NCBI GenBank assembly: GCA_963815215.1 | Contig: CAWFFU010000004.1 | Location: forward strand, 96,001-160,000 | Direction of reading: 5' to 3' | Length of the DNA: 64,000 nt | From: an uncultured Trueperaceae bacterium | GTDB taxonomy: Bacteria > Deinococcota > Deinococci > Deinococcales > Trueperaceae | Shown here: in pieces, positions 45,104-53,721 of the stretch | Position numbering within the stretch: the first letter of the stretch is position 1 | Layout: every line of letters starts with the position of its first letter | Program-made: the position numbers and the translations under genes | Notes under the pieces: model-generated | Database searches by the model: none | What the model saw: the letters and a program-made list of their open reading frames with translations, nothing else | What the model was told of the DNA's origin: nothing

Positions 45104-45132
45104 AGCGGGCCGGCCCTCGTGGCCGGCCCGCT
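45104..45132. terminator. 12-bp hairpin between convergent genes
   Basis: AGCGGGCCGGCC-CTCGT-GGCCGGCCCGCT. Confidence 0.65.
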
Positions 45133-45152
45133 AGCGCGGGTGTGCGCGAAAC

Positions 45153-46610
45153 TCAGGGTCTGTATACGAGGTAGCGGTAGTTGTTCTCGTCGGCGACGAT
45201 CAACGCCTGGTCGGTGAGCAGGAACCCTGCCGGGTTGTCGAGCGTGCGCGCGGTCGGCGTGCCGGACGTGCCCGTCTGGGCGTCATCGTCGGAGGTGACG
45301 TGCGTGAAGTCGCTCTGCCCAAGGACGTGCACGGCACTGGCGCCGTTCGTCGTGGGGATGCCGTCGAAGATCAGGACGCGGTTGTTGTTCGCATCGGCGA
45401 CGAAGAGCTGGTTCCCGTTGCTCGCGAGGAAGTATGGACCGTCCAACCCGGCTGCGCCGGCGGCGGCAATGTTCCCGGTCATGGTCGACTGACCGACGAC
45501 CACGTCGGCGGGCTGGAGGTCGCTGGTGGGGAAGGTGTTCCAGATGAGGACGCGGTTGCTGTTCCTGTCGACCACGATGAGGCGGGTGCCGTCCGACCAG
45601 ACGTCGCTCGGGTAGTCCAGCGTCGCGGCAGTGACGGTGGGGCTGTCGGCTCCGACGCCGGCGTTCTTGTAGCAGCTGGTGAGGCTGCTCTGACCGAGCA
45701 CGAGGTCGGCTGCGGCGCCGTTGCTAGTGGGGATGCTGTTGTAGATCAGTACCCGGTTGTTGTGGCTATCGGCGACGATGAGCTTGCCGTCCACGGTGAA
45801 GATGCTCTCGGGCTCATCGAGCCCCGTGGCGGTGCACGCAGTGCTGCTACTGCCGAAGCCGGGCTGCCCGACCACCAGATCGGCGGGAACCTGTGTGCTG
45901 GTCGGGATCGTGTTCCAGATGAGCACACGACTGTTGCTGTATCCGTCCACGAGAAGTTTGCCGCCCGCGCTCACCACGGTTTGCGCCCCGGCCATGCCAT
46001 CGGCGGTGGAGCTGGTGGCGGACGAGGTCATGTCGGGCTGGCCGAGCACGAAGTCGGCGCTGGCGCCGTTGCTGGTCGGGATGCCGCTCGAGAAGCCGAG
46101 CACCCGGTCGAAGCCGTAGTCAGGGAGGTACAGCACGCCGTTGACGAGTGCCGGGTTGCCGTAGGGGTGCCCTACCGACGTCGCGGTCGCCGAGGGGAGC
46201 TGGGCGTTGGTGGACATGTCGGGTTGTCCGATGACCACCGAGGCGTTCTGGAAGTCGGTGAAGGCGAGGAAGGGGTAGACCAGGGTGAGGGTGCTGGTCG
46301 AGGTGCCTGCGCTCGAGGTGGCGGTGACGACGATGCTGTTGCTGCCGTCGGCCAGCGTGAGCGGCGCGCTGAAGCTACTGCTGGTGTGGGTCGTGCCGCT
46401 GACGGCGGTGCCGTTGAGCTTCACGCTCACGGCCGTGGCGGGTCCGCCGCTGAGGGTGCCGGCCAGCGTCAGGCTGCGGCTCCCCACGACGCGTTGACCG
46501 TCGGTGTTAGACGTCACGCTGATGGACACTTTGCTCGATGTCGAGCAGCCGGCAAGGACGAGGGCAAGAGCGAGCAGAGAAGCATAGGCGAGTAGCTTCG
46601 GTCGCATCAT
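45153..46610 (-). CDS. Lipoprotein with Ig-like domain and NHL-repeat beta-propeller
   Basis: Lipobox LAGC and Ig-like L.DG.N.I.VTAT. About 6 repeats of (V/L)GQ.D/S...L..P...L.VAD..NNRVLI(W/F/Y). TACAAT promoter and GGAGG SD. Confidence 0.85.
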   Translation of the reverse strand: MMRPKLLAYASLLALALVLAGCSTSSKVSISVTSNTDGQRVVGSRSLTLAGTLSGGPATAVSVKLNGTAVSGTTHTSSSFSAPLTLADGSNSIVVTATSSAGTSTSTLTLVYPFLAFTDFQNASVVIGQPDMSTNAQLPSATATSVGHPYGNPALVNGVLYLPDYGFDRVLGFSSGIPTSNGASADFVLGQPDMTSSATSSTADGMAGAQTVVSAGGKLLVDGYSNSRVLIWNTIPTSTQVPADLVVGQPGFGSSSTACTATGLDEPESIFTVDGKLIVADSHNNRVLIYNSIPTSNGAAADLVLGQSSLTSCYKNAGVGADSPTVTAATLDYPSDVWSDGTRLIVVDRNSNRVLIWNTFPTSDLQPADVVVGQSTMTGNIAAAGAAGLDGPYFLASNGNQLFVADANNNRVLIFDGIPTTNGASAVHVLGQSDFTHVTSDDDAQTGTSGTPTARTLDNPAGFLLTDQALIVADENNYRYLVYRP

Positions 46611-46878
46611 GTTTTGCCTCCAGAGCGATTGTAGTCGGCATGCCAGCCTCCTCAGGGACGCGGCTCACAAGACCGAGGAGCACTCGCTTTCGACGTGCTT
46701 GAGTCCGTAGATCTTCCCTCTGAATTCGCGATCGAGCAAGGTCGCGGCCCGGGCCGTTCGCGGTCCGTTCGCCTCCGGGGGTCGCGGGCCGTAGGTCTTC
46801 CGGGTGGGCTTGCGCCAGCGAAGCCGTCACCGCGTAGGGTCGCGCCTCGAGGCGAGAACCTCGGCGCCCGCAGCGGGC

Positions 46879-48108
46879 TCAGTAGAGCAGCGCCAGCGCC
46901 GAAGGATCCTCCACCAGCTCCAGCAGCCGGTCGGCCCACGCCGCCGCCGCGCCGAGCTCGACGCGGGAGCGGTCGAACGCCAGGCGCAGGGTCAGCGCGG
47001 TACGGACCGCTGGAGCCCCGTCGACGGCGAGGACGCGTTCGGCCAGCCTGCCGGCGACCAGGCTCACGACGCCTTCGTGCGGCGCGCTCTCGCCGGACAG
47101 CTCGGTGCGAGCGCGGGTGAGGTCGAGCAGCGAGAGTGCGGGAACGGAATCCGTCTCCGCCGACCCGGCATCCCGCGCGGCAGCAGCCTCCCGCGCACTC
47201 ACGACGGCGTTCAGGCCGACCGAGCCGGCGTCTTCGAGGCGCGCGTCGCTCAGGGAGCCGTCGGCCACGCGGCGGTATCGCAGGCCGTGCGGCGTACCCG
47301 CGTGGGTTTCGACCAGAGGGTTGCGCGCCCACACGGCGGCCAGGAACCGTGCCAGCAGGTCGCCGACGTCGACCCCTGCGGTGTCGCCCGCCCCGCCTGT
47401 CGGCGTCCGGCGTCGCGCCCAGGCCACCACGGCCAGGAGCGGCGCGGCGTCGACCTCCCGGACGAACTCCGTCCAGCTCCCTGGCGCGAAGGGAGCGCCG
47501 AGGTAGGTCGGGGAGGGACGGGGAGCCCGCTCCGCCGCCCGCAGCACGTCCGCGGCGAGCACGGCACCCTCCGGCCCGCTCCCCTCGAGCACGGCCACAT
47601 CCAGTCCGCGCTCCGACGCCAGCCGACGCGCCTTCGGGGACGCCGGGGTGAGGCGGTACGGACCTGGGCGGTCGCTGGCGGCAGGGAGAGCGGTTCGTGG
47701 CGCGGCGGCCATCGATGGGCTGCCGGTGGTGGGCGCGCCCGTGGTGGTGGGCGCGCCCGTTCCGGGCTGCACGGGGCCGTTGGCCCCCGGTCGCGGGGTC
47801 CCGGCCGGTGCCCGCTCGGGCGTGGCAGTGTCCGGCTTCGGGGGGCGCCCGGAGGTATCCGCAGCTTCCCCTGCTGCGAGGATCACGGCGATGACGCTCC
47901 CCACCTTCACCTCGTCGCCGGCTGTGGCCGTGACGCGGGCGAGGGTGCCGGAGGCGGGCGCGTCGAGCTCCATGGTGGCCTTGTCGGTCTCGACCTCCAT
48001 GATGGGCTCGCCCTGCTCGACCTGCTCCCCCTCCTGCTTGAGCCAGGAGAGGAGCACGGCGGTGTCCTGGTTCATCCCCAGGACCGGCATGATGACGTCC
48101 TTGGCCAC
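46879..48108 (-). CDS. Dihydrolipoamide acyltransferase (E2)-like protein with degenerate catalytic domain
   Basis: Lipoyl domain (VETDKATMEL) and E3/E1-binding domain (ASPKARRLA...GSGPEG.V...DV). The catalytic DHRxxDG is replaced by FDRSRVELG. Confidence 0.8.
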   Translation of the reverse strand: MAKDVIMPVLGMNQDTAVLLSWLKQEGEQVEQGEPIMEVETDKATMELDAPASGTLARVTATAGDEVKVGSVIAVILAAGEAADTSGRPPKPDTATPERAPAGTPRPGANGPVQPGTGAPTTTGAPTTGSPSMAAAPRTALPAASDRPGPYRLTPASPKARRLASERGLDVAVLEGSGPEGAVLAADVLRAAERAPRPSPTYLGAPFAPGSWTEFVREVDAAPLLAVVAWARRRTPTGGAGDTAGVDVGDLLARFLAAVWARNPLVETHAGTPHGLRYRRVADGSLSDARLEDAGSVGLNAVVSAREAAAARDAGSAETDSVPALSLLDLTRARTELSGESAPHEGVVSLVAGRLAERVLAVDGAPAVRTALTLRLAFDRSRVELGAAAAWADRLLELVEDPSALALLY

Positions 48109-48135
48109 GGCTCTCCTTCGTCGCTCGCGCGCAGG

Positions 48136-49519
48136 CTAGTGCTTGCCGTCCGGACCGACCGCGCCCGTGTCGGCGGCGGCCGGCGCGCCCGGCACGCCGG
48201 GCTTGCCGTCGGGGAAGATGCGGCCGTTGTTGTAGTTCGACTCGGTCTCGCGCACGCCGGGGAGATCGCCGAGCGCGGTGTAGTACTTGGGCCCGGCGAC
48301 CATCAGCTCTTCGGCGGGGAATCGGCTGATGACCTCGCAGCCGTCCTTGGTCACCACCAGCTCTTCCTCGATGCGGGCGGCCGACCAGCCGTCGCTGGCG
48401 GGCCAGAAGGTCTCGAGCGCGAACACCATGCCCTCTTCGATGACCTCGGGGTGGTCGAGGCTGAACAGCCGGCTGAAGATGGGCTTCTCCCAGATGTTGA
48501 GGCCGAGCCCGTGGCCGTACTGCAGGGCGAAGGCGAGCTCCTCGTTGGGGAAGCCGAACTCCTGGGCCTTGGGCCAGATCGACACCACTTCGGCGGTGGT
48601 GACGCCGGGCTTGATGAGGCTGATGGCGTGGTCGAGCAGGTCGCGGCACTTGGCGTAGGCGTCGACCTGGGCCTGGCTGGCGCTGCCGACGGCGAAGGTG
48701 CGGTAGTAGCAGGTGCGGTAGCCCATGTAGCTGTGCAGGATGTCGAAGTAGGCGGGGTCGCCGGGACGCAGCATGCGGTCGGACGCGACGTGGGGGTGGG
48801 GGTTGCAGCGTTCGCCGCTGATGGCGTTGACGCCCTCGACCATCTCGCTGCCGTGGCGGTAGAGGAAGTCGCTCACCAGGCCCGACCAGATCGTTCTCGC
48901 GCACGCCAGGGCGGAGCTTCTCGTAGAGCTGGTCGTAGGCGGCGTCGACCATGGAGGAGGCGTGGGTGAGCAGCATGATCTCGTCGACCGTCTTGATCTT
49001 GCGGGCCTCGAGCATGAGCTGCTGGCCGTCGATGACGGTGATGCCCGCCTTCTGCAGCGCGAACAGCACCGGCGGCTCGACGATGTCGATGGCGACCGGG
49101 TCGCCGGCCAGGCCGCGCTGGTCGAGCTCGTCCTTGATCCAGCGCGCCACTTGCTCGGCGCGGCCCATCTCGGGGCTGATGGTGCCGCGCAGCATCGACA
49201 CGCCGGGTCGCGAGCGCTTCTCGCCGTCGAGCCAGGGGGCGTAGAGCTGGTGGTGCTTGGCCGCCGAGCCGAAGTCCCACAGGATGGGCTCGTCGTTCTG
49301 CGGCAGCAGGGTGAAGCGCGCCACCTTGTCCTGCGCCCAGGTACCGATGTGGGTGGCCGTGATGTAGCGGACGTTGTTCATGTCGAAGCACAGCAGGGCT
49401 CCGGCCTCGGACTCCGCCAGCACCTTCTTGATGCGTGCCAGTCGCTCGTTGCGGAGGCGCTCGAAGTTGACGCGCTCCTCCCAGTCGACCGCCATGACGC
49501 CGTGGGTATGAATGGCCAT
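48136..49519 (-). pseudogene. M24 (Xaa-Pro peptidase / creatinase-fold) enzyme with a 1-nt frameshift at 48881-48883
   Basis: N-half (DWEERV.F.RLR, ARKIKT.DEI, PGVREND) and C-half (NPHPH, FDI, YRTCYYRTF, GHGLGL, FALET, RIEE) are in different frames. Deleting one G of GTCGGGCCTG restores ...DLVGLVSDF... (460 aa). Confidence 0.8.
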
Positions 49520-49562
49520 CAGGATTCCGCCTCCCTGGTACGGGGTGGGGTGCGCTTCCGCG

Positions 49563-50582
49563 TCAGGCGGGAGGGCACATCTCGCGCGCGAGCGCGGTCA
49601 GTTGCTTGGGCGTGGGGACGGTGACGTCCTCGAGGACGGGGGAGAAGGGCACGGGGACGTCCATCGCGCCCATCCTCCGCACCGGCGCGTCGAGGTGATA
49701 GAAGGCGCCGTCGGCGATGACCGCCGCCAGCTCGGCGCTGGCGCCGTAGCTCTGGTGGCCTTCGTCCACCACCACCACCCGGCCGGTCTTCCTGGCCGAC
49801 GCGATGAGGGTGTCGGCGTCGAGTGGCGCGAGCGAGCGCGGGTCGACCACCTCGGCGGAGATGCCGTGGGCCTCGAGCTGCTCGGCCGCCTGCAGCGCCA
49901 CCAGGACCATGCTGCTGGTGGCGACGAAGGTGATGTCGGTGCCGGCACGCTTGACCTCGGCCTGGCCCAGCGGGATGATCAGCTCGCCCTCGGGCACCGG
50001 CCCCTTGTCCTGGAAGCTGAGCTTGTCCTCGACGATCACGACCGGGTTGTCGTCGCGGATGGCCGCCTTCATCAGGCCCTTGGCGTCCCGCGGCGTGGCG
50101 GGCAGCGCCACCTTCAGCCCCGGGATGTGGCTCACCCAGGCGTGGAGACTCTGGCTGTGCTGGGCGGCGCTCCTGCGGGTGGCGCCGAGGGTGGTGCGGA
50201 GCACCATCGGCACCTTGAGCTTGCCGCCGGACATGTAGTGCGTCTTGGCGGCCTGGTTGACGAGCTGGTCCATCACCAACGTCAGGAAGTCGCCGAACAT
50301 GAGGTCGACCACCGGACGCATGCCGGTCATGGCGGCGCCGACCGCCACGCCGGTGAAGCCGGCTTCGCTGATGGGCGTGTCGCGCACCCGTTCGGGGCCG
50401 AACTCCTCGACCAGGCCGGAGAGTACCTTGAACGGGGTGCCGGCCTCGGCGACGTCCTCGCCCAGGATGAACACGCGCGGGTCGCGGCGCATCTCCTCGG
50501 CGAGCGCCTCGTTGACGGCCTGGGAGAAGGTGATGGTGCGGGCCGGACCCTCCTTGGAGAGCGTGCGGCTAGGCGTAGACAT
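49563..50582 (-). CDS. TPP-dependent 2-oxoacid/acetoin dehydrogenase E1 beta subunit
   Basis: GEDV, RVRDTPISE, RPVV..MF.DF, AAQHSQ and EVVDPRSL.PLD. Confidence 0.92.
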   Translation of the reverse strand: MSTPSRTLSKEGPARTITFSQAVNEALAEEMRRDPRVFILGEDVAEAGTPFKVLSGLVEEFGPERVRDTPISEAGFTGVAVGAAMTGMRPVVDLMFGDFLTLVMDQLVNQAAKTHYMSGGKLKVPMVLRTTLGATRRSAAQHSQSLHAWVSHIPGLKVALPATPRDAKGLMKAAIRDDNPVVIVEDKLSFQDKGPVPEGELIIPLGQAEVKRAGTDITFVATSSMVLVALQAAEQLEAHGISAEVVDPRSLAPLDADTLIASARKTGRVVVVDEGHQSYGASAELAAVIADGAFYHLDAPVRRMGAMDVPVPFSPVLEDVTVPTPKQLTALAREMCPPA

Positions 50583-51609
50583 GCAGCGTGACCTCGCTCT
50601 CGTCGGGGTAGGGCGCTTCGAGCCCGAAGGCCACGGCCGCCTCGGCTTCGGCCCGGACCTCGGCCTCGACGGCCTCGAGCTCGGCGGCGGTGACGATGCC
50701 CCGCTCCGTCAACCAGGCGGCATACAGGGTGAGGGGGTCGCGCTCGCTCCTCCAGTGCGACTCCTCGTCCTTGGAGCGGTAGTAGTCGCGCTGGATGTCG
50801 CCGACGTGGTGCCCGTAGTAGCGGTAGGTGTGGGCCAGCAGGAACGAGGGCCCGTCGCCCCGACGCGCCCGGGCCACCAACTCGCCGGCCACCGCGCTGA
50901 CGGCGGTCACGTCCTGCCCGTCGACCTCCGCGGTGTGGATGCCGAAGGCGCGAGGGCGGTCGAGGATGGCGCCGGCGGTGGTCTCCTCGAAGTGGGTGTA
51001 CTCGTTGTAGAGGTTGTTCTCACACACGTAGAGCACGGGGAGCTTCCAGAGCTGCGCCATGTTCATGACCTCGTACAGCAGCCCCTGCCCGAGCGCGCCT
51101 TCGCCGAAGAAGCACACGGCCACGCGGTCCGTGCCCTGCATCCTGGCCGACAGCGCCGCGCCGGTGGCGATCCCGGCGCTGCCGCCGACGATGGCGTTGG
51201 CTCCGAGGTTGCCGTTCTCCTGGTCCGCGATATGCATGCTTCCGCCCTTGCCGCGGTTGTAGCCGGACGCCTTGCCCAGCAGTTCGGCGAACATCAGGTC
51301 GACCCGCGCGCCCTTGGCGATGCAGTGACCGTGCCCCCGGTGGGTGCTGGTGATGTAGTCCTCACGGGTGAGAGCGTCGCACACGCCGACCGCGACGGCC
51401 TCCTCCCCTGCGTACATGTGGGTGAGGCCGGGCATCTTGGCGCTCAGGTAGAGGTCGTTGGCGTGCTCCTCGAACACCCGGATGCGCATCATCTGCCGGT
51501 AGCTGTAGAGGTGCCGCGGTGGGTCGGAGTCGGCGGACACGCCGGCCCCCGGCGCCTTGCGGCCCGCCCTTTCATTGGAGGACGTGCTTGCTGTGGGTCG
51601 ACCCTTCAC
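50569..51609 (-). CDS. TPP-dependent 2-oxoacid/acetoin dehydrogenase E1 alpha subunit
   Basis: H.Y.GEEA, STHRGHGH, GKGGSMH, FFGEGA...CENN and TYRYYGH. GTG start with SD AAGGAG. Confidence 0.92.
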   Translation of the reverse strand: MKGRPTASTSSNERAGRKAPGAGVSADSDPPRHLYSYRQMMRIRVFEEHANDLYLSAKMPGLTHMYAGEEAVAVGVCDALTREDYITSTHRGHGHCIAKGARVDLMFAELLGKASGYNRGKGGSMHIADQENGNLGANAIVGGSAGIATGAALSARMQGTDRVAVCFFGEGALGQGLLYEVMNMAQLWKLPVLYVCENNLYNEYTHFEETTAGAILDRPRAFGIHTAEVDGQDVTAVSAVAGELVARARRGDGPSFLLAHTYRYYGHHVGDIQRDYYRSKDEESHWRSERDPLTLYAAWLTERGIVTAAELEAVEAEVRAEAEAAVAFGLEAPYPDESEVTLHVYA

Positions 51610-51661
51610 GCGGTGCTCCTTCCCCATGGAGCGGGAGCCGGCCGGGGCCGCGGATGGCGGC

Positions 51662-52411
51662 TCAGGCGGCGTCACCGTCCGGCTTGTCGTCGTGGTCGCT
51701 GGTCTCGGGACCGGTCGTCTTGAGGGCCTGCCGGCTGTCCTCGCGCACCTGTGCGAGGTGGGCCAGCATCGCTGTCCGGGCGGCGTCCGCGTCCCCCGCC
51801 TCGATGGCGGCGAGGATGACGCGATGGTGGCGCTGGCCGCGCGTCGGGCCGCCGCTCACCTGGAAGATGTGCCCCCTGAGTTCCTGCAACAGATCCACGA
51901 CCGAGTCGAGCAGGCGGGGGACGAAGTGGTTCTGGGTGGCGACGGCGAGGGCGACGTGGAAGCGGTTGTCGGCCTCGATGAAGGTCTTGGCGTCGTCCAG
52001 TGCGAGGTCCATGGCGTGGACGGCGGCCCGCAGGCTCTCGAGATCGGCGTCGCTGCGCCGCAGGGCGGCGCGGGCGGCGATCTCGGGCTCCAGCAGCTCC
52101 CGAACCTCGACCATGCCGCCGATACGCTCCTCGGAGGCGAACCCCATCATCAGGCGCAACGACTGCGTGAAGGCCTTGGCGGTGCCGTCGACGACGAACG
52201 TGCCTTGGCCGCGGCGCACCTCGACCAGGCCGTTCTGGATGAGCGTCTTCATGGCCTCGCGGATGACGGTCCGGCTGACGCCGTAGCGTTCCCCGAGGCT
52301 GCGCTCGTTGGGCAGCTGGTCCCCGCTCGTGAGCTCGCCCGAGAGGATCTGATGGCGGATCCTCTCCACGACCTGCTCGTAGAGCTTGCGGTGTTGAAGC
52401 ACATCCGTCAT
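51662..52411 (-). CDS. GntR/FadR-family transcriptional regulator (FCD domain)
   Basis: GD.LP.ER.L...YGVSR.VIREA...GLV..R.G.GT.V, EVR..LE, FH..LA and H..I..AI...D. Confidence 0.93.
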   Translation of the reverse strand: MTDVLQHRKLYEQVVERIRHQILSGELTSGDQLPNERSLGERYGVSRTVIREAMKTLIQNGLVEVRRGQGTFVVDGTAKAFTQSLRLMMGFASEERIGGMVEVRELLEPEIAARAALRRSDADLESLRAAVHAMDLALDDAKTFIEADNRFHVALAVATQNHFVPRLLDSVVDLLQELRGHIFQVSGGPTRGQRHHRVILAAIEAGDADAARTAMLAHLAQVREDSRQALKTTGPETSDHDDKPDGDAA

Positions 52412-52425
52412 AGTGCAAACCCATG

Positions 52426-52711
52426 CATCAGATGAAATCTCTTGCAGGAGGTATGGTGGTAATACCTCTGTTGGGATGGAGCGAACCTAGCATGTGCCAA
52501 GGCGCCCTGTCAAGGAAACGAGGGGGTGCGAGGGGTTTGACACGCCCATCTCGGTGTGCTAACGTTGGGCGCGTCCACAACTTGATTATGTAGGCTTTGC
52601 GATTCCTTGCGAGCCGGCGCGTCCAGCCCTGTCCGGGGCGGAGATCCGGCCCAACCAGAAGGGTGGTCCAGGCGCCCGAAGTGATCGTTTCCGTTCGGTG
52701 GTATGACCACC
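52426..52711. promoter_or_regulatory. Divergent control region with FadR-type operator palindromes
   Basis: CATCAGATG (52426-52434), GAGGTAT-N7-ATACCTC containing TGGTAATACC (52448-52468), and GGTGGT-ATG-ACCACC (52697-52711). Confidence 0.7.
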
Positions 52712-52838
52712 ACACCACTAATAGTTATCGAGCGTGCGTTGCCGAGTCCGGGGCGGTCGGAGCCGCAGCCTGCGGGGCATCGCAGGCGTCCGAGCGCGCC
52801 GGCGACACCGTCGCGGACAGCGTGGAGGAGAACGTGAC

Positions 52839-53717
52839 ATGGCGAGACTAGGATTCGTTGGCCTCGGGGTGATGGGCGGCCGCGTGGCCAAGCGGTTGAT
52901 GGATGCGGGCCACACGGTCACCGGCTACAACCGCACGCGCGCCAAGGCGCGCTGGCTGGAGGATGCCGGCATGGCCTGGGGCGCCACCCCGCGGGCGGTC
53001 GCCGAGGCCTCCGACATCGTGTTCACGATGGTGACCAACACGACCGCCCTGGAGGCCGTGACACAGGGCGAGGACGGCGTCCTGGCCGGACTCGTCGAGG
53101 GCAAGATCTACATCGACATGAGCACGGTCAGCCCGGCCTACAGCCGGGATCTAGCCGCCAGCGTCAAGCTGCGCGGCGCGACCATGCTCGATGCGCCGGT
53201 GTCGGGCAGCGTGGAGACCCTCGAGCAGGGCAAGCTCACCTTCATGGTGGGCGGCGAGCGCAGCGACTTCGAGAAGGTCGAGCCCATCTTGCTGAACGTG
53301 GGGCCGAAGGCTACGCACGTCGGTGCCAACGGGCTGGCGGTGACCATGAAGATCGCCACCAACCTGAGCCTGGCCGTGCAGATGCTGGCCTTCAGCGAAG
53401 GGCTGCTGCTGGCCGAGCGCAGCGGGATCGCCCGGGAGACGGCGACGGAGGTGTTGCTGAACAGCGTCATCGCCTCCCCGATGGTCAAGTACCGTGGCCC
53501 CTTCGTGCTGGCGATGCCGGACGAGGCCTGGTTCGACGTGAACATGATGCAGAAGGACATGAACCTGGCCCTCGAGCTGGGTCAGGAGGTCAACGTCATG
53601 TTGCCCACCACGGCCGCGACCAACGAGATGTTGACCGCCGCCCGCGGGCTGGGGCTGGACAAGCAGGACTTCGCCGTCGTGTTCGAAGTGCTCTCGCGTC
53701 TCTCCGGGGGGAGCTGA
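52839..53717 (+). CDS. Beta-hydroxyacid dehydrogenase (3-hydroxyisobutyrate dehydrogenase family)
   Basis: GFVGLG.MG, YNRT, IDMSTVSP, LDAPVSG, K...N and KDM.LA. SD GGAGG. Confidence 0.9.
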   Translation: MARLGFVGLGVMGGRVAKRLMDAGHTVTGYNRTRAKARWLEDAGMAWGATPRAVAEASDIVFTMVTNTTALEAVTQGEDGVLAGLVEGKIYIDMSTVSPAYSRDLAASVKLRGATMLDAPVSGSVETLEQGKLTFMVGGERSDFEKVEPILLNVGPKATHVGANGLAVTMKIATNLSLAVQMLAFSEGLLLAERSGIARETATEVLLNSVIASPMVKYRGPFVLAMPDEAWFDVNMMQKDMNLALELGQEVNVMLPTTAATNEMLTAARGLGLDKQDFAVVFEVLSRLSGGS

Positions 53718-53721
53718 GCTC

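Noticed and set aside
46655..46700. GGGACGC-GGCTC...GAGC as the 5' half of a split or permuted tRNA pairing with 40147-40153
   Set aside because: It lacks U8, the D-loop GG and a proper anticodon arm. A 7-nt GC-rich complement is expected by chance.
48870..48890. Programmed ribosomal frameshift in the M24 gene (and at ~29097)
   Set aside because: No slippery heptamer or obvious stimulatory element. A single-base indel is the simpler explanation.
46652..49519. 955-aa ORF
   Set aside because: Only the first ~213 aa are real (M24 N-half). The rest is out-of-frame read-through across the M24 C-half and the E2 gene.
49563..51609. Housekeeping pyruvate dehydrogenase pdhAB
   Set aside because: It has acetoin-dehydrogenase-like motifs, a degenerate E2, no E3 and a GntR-controlled catabolic context, so no gene symbol was assigned.
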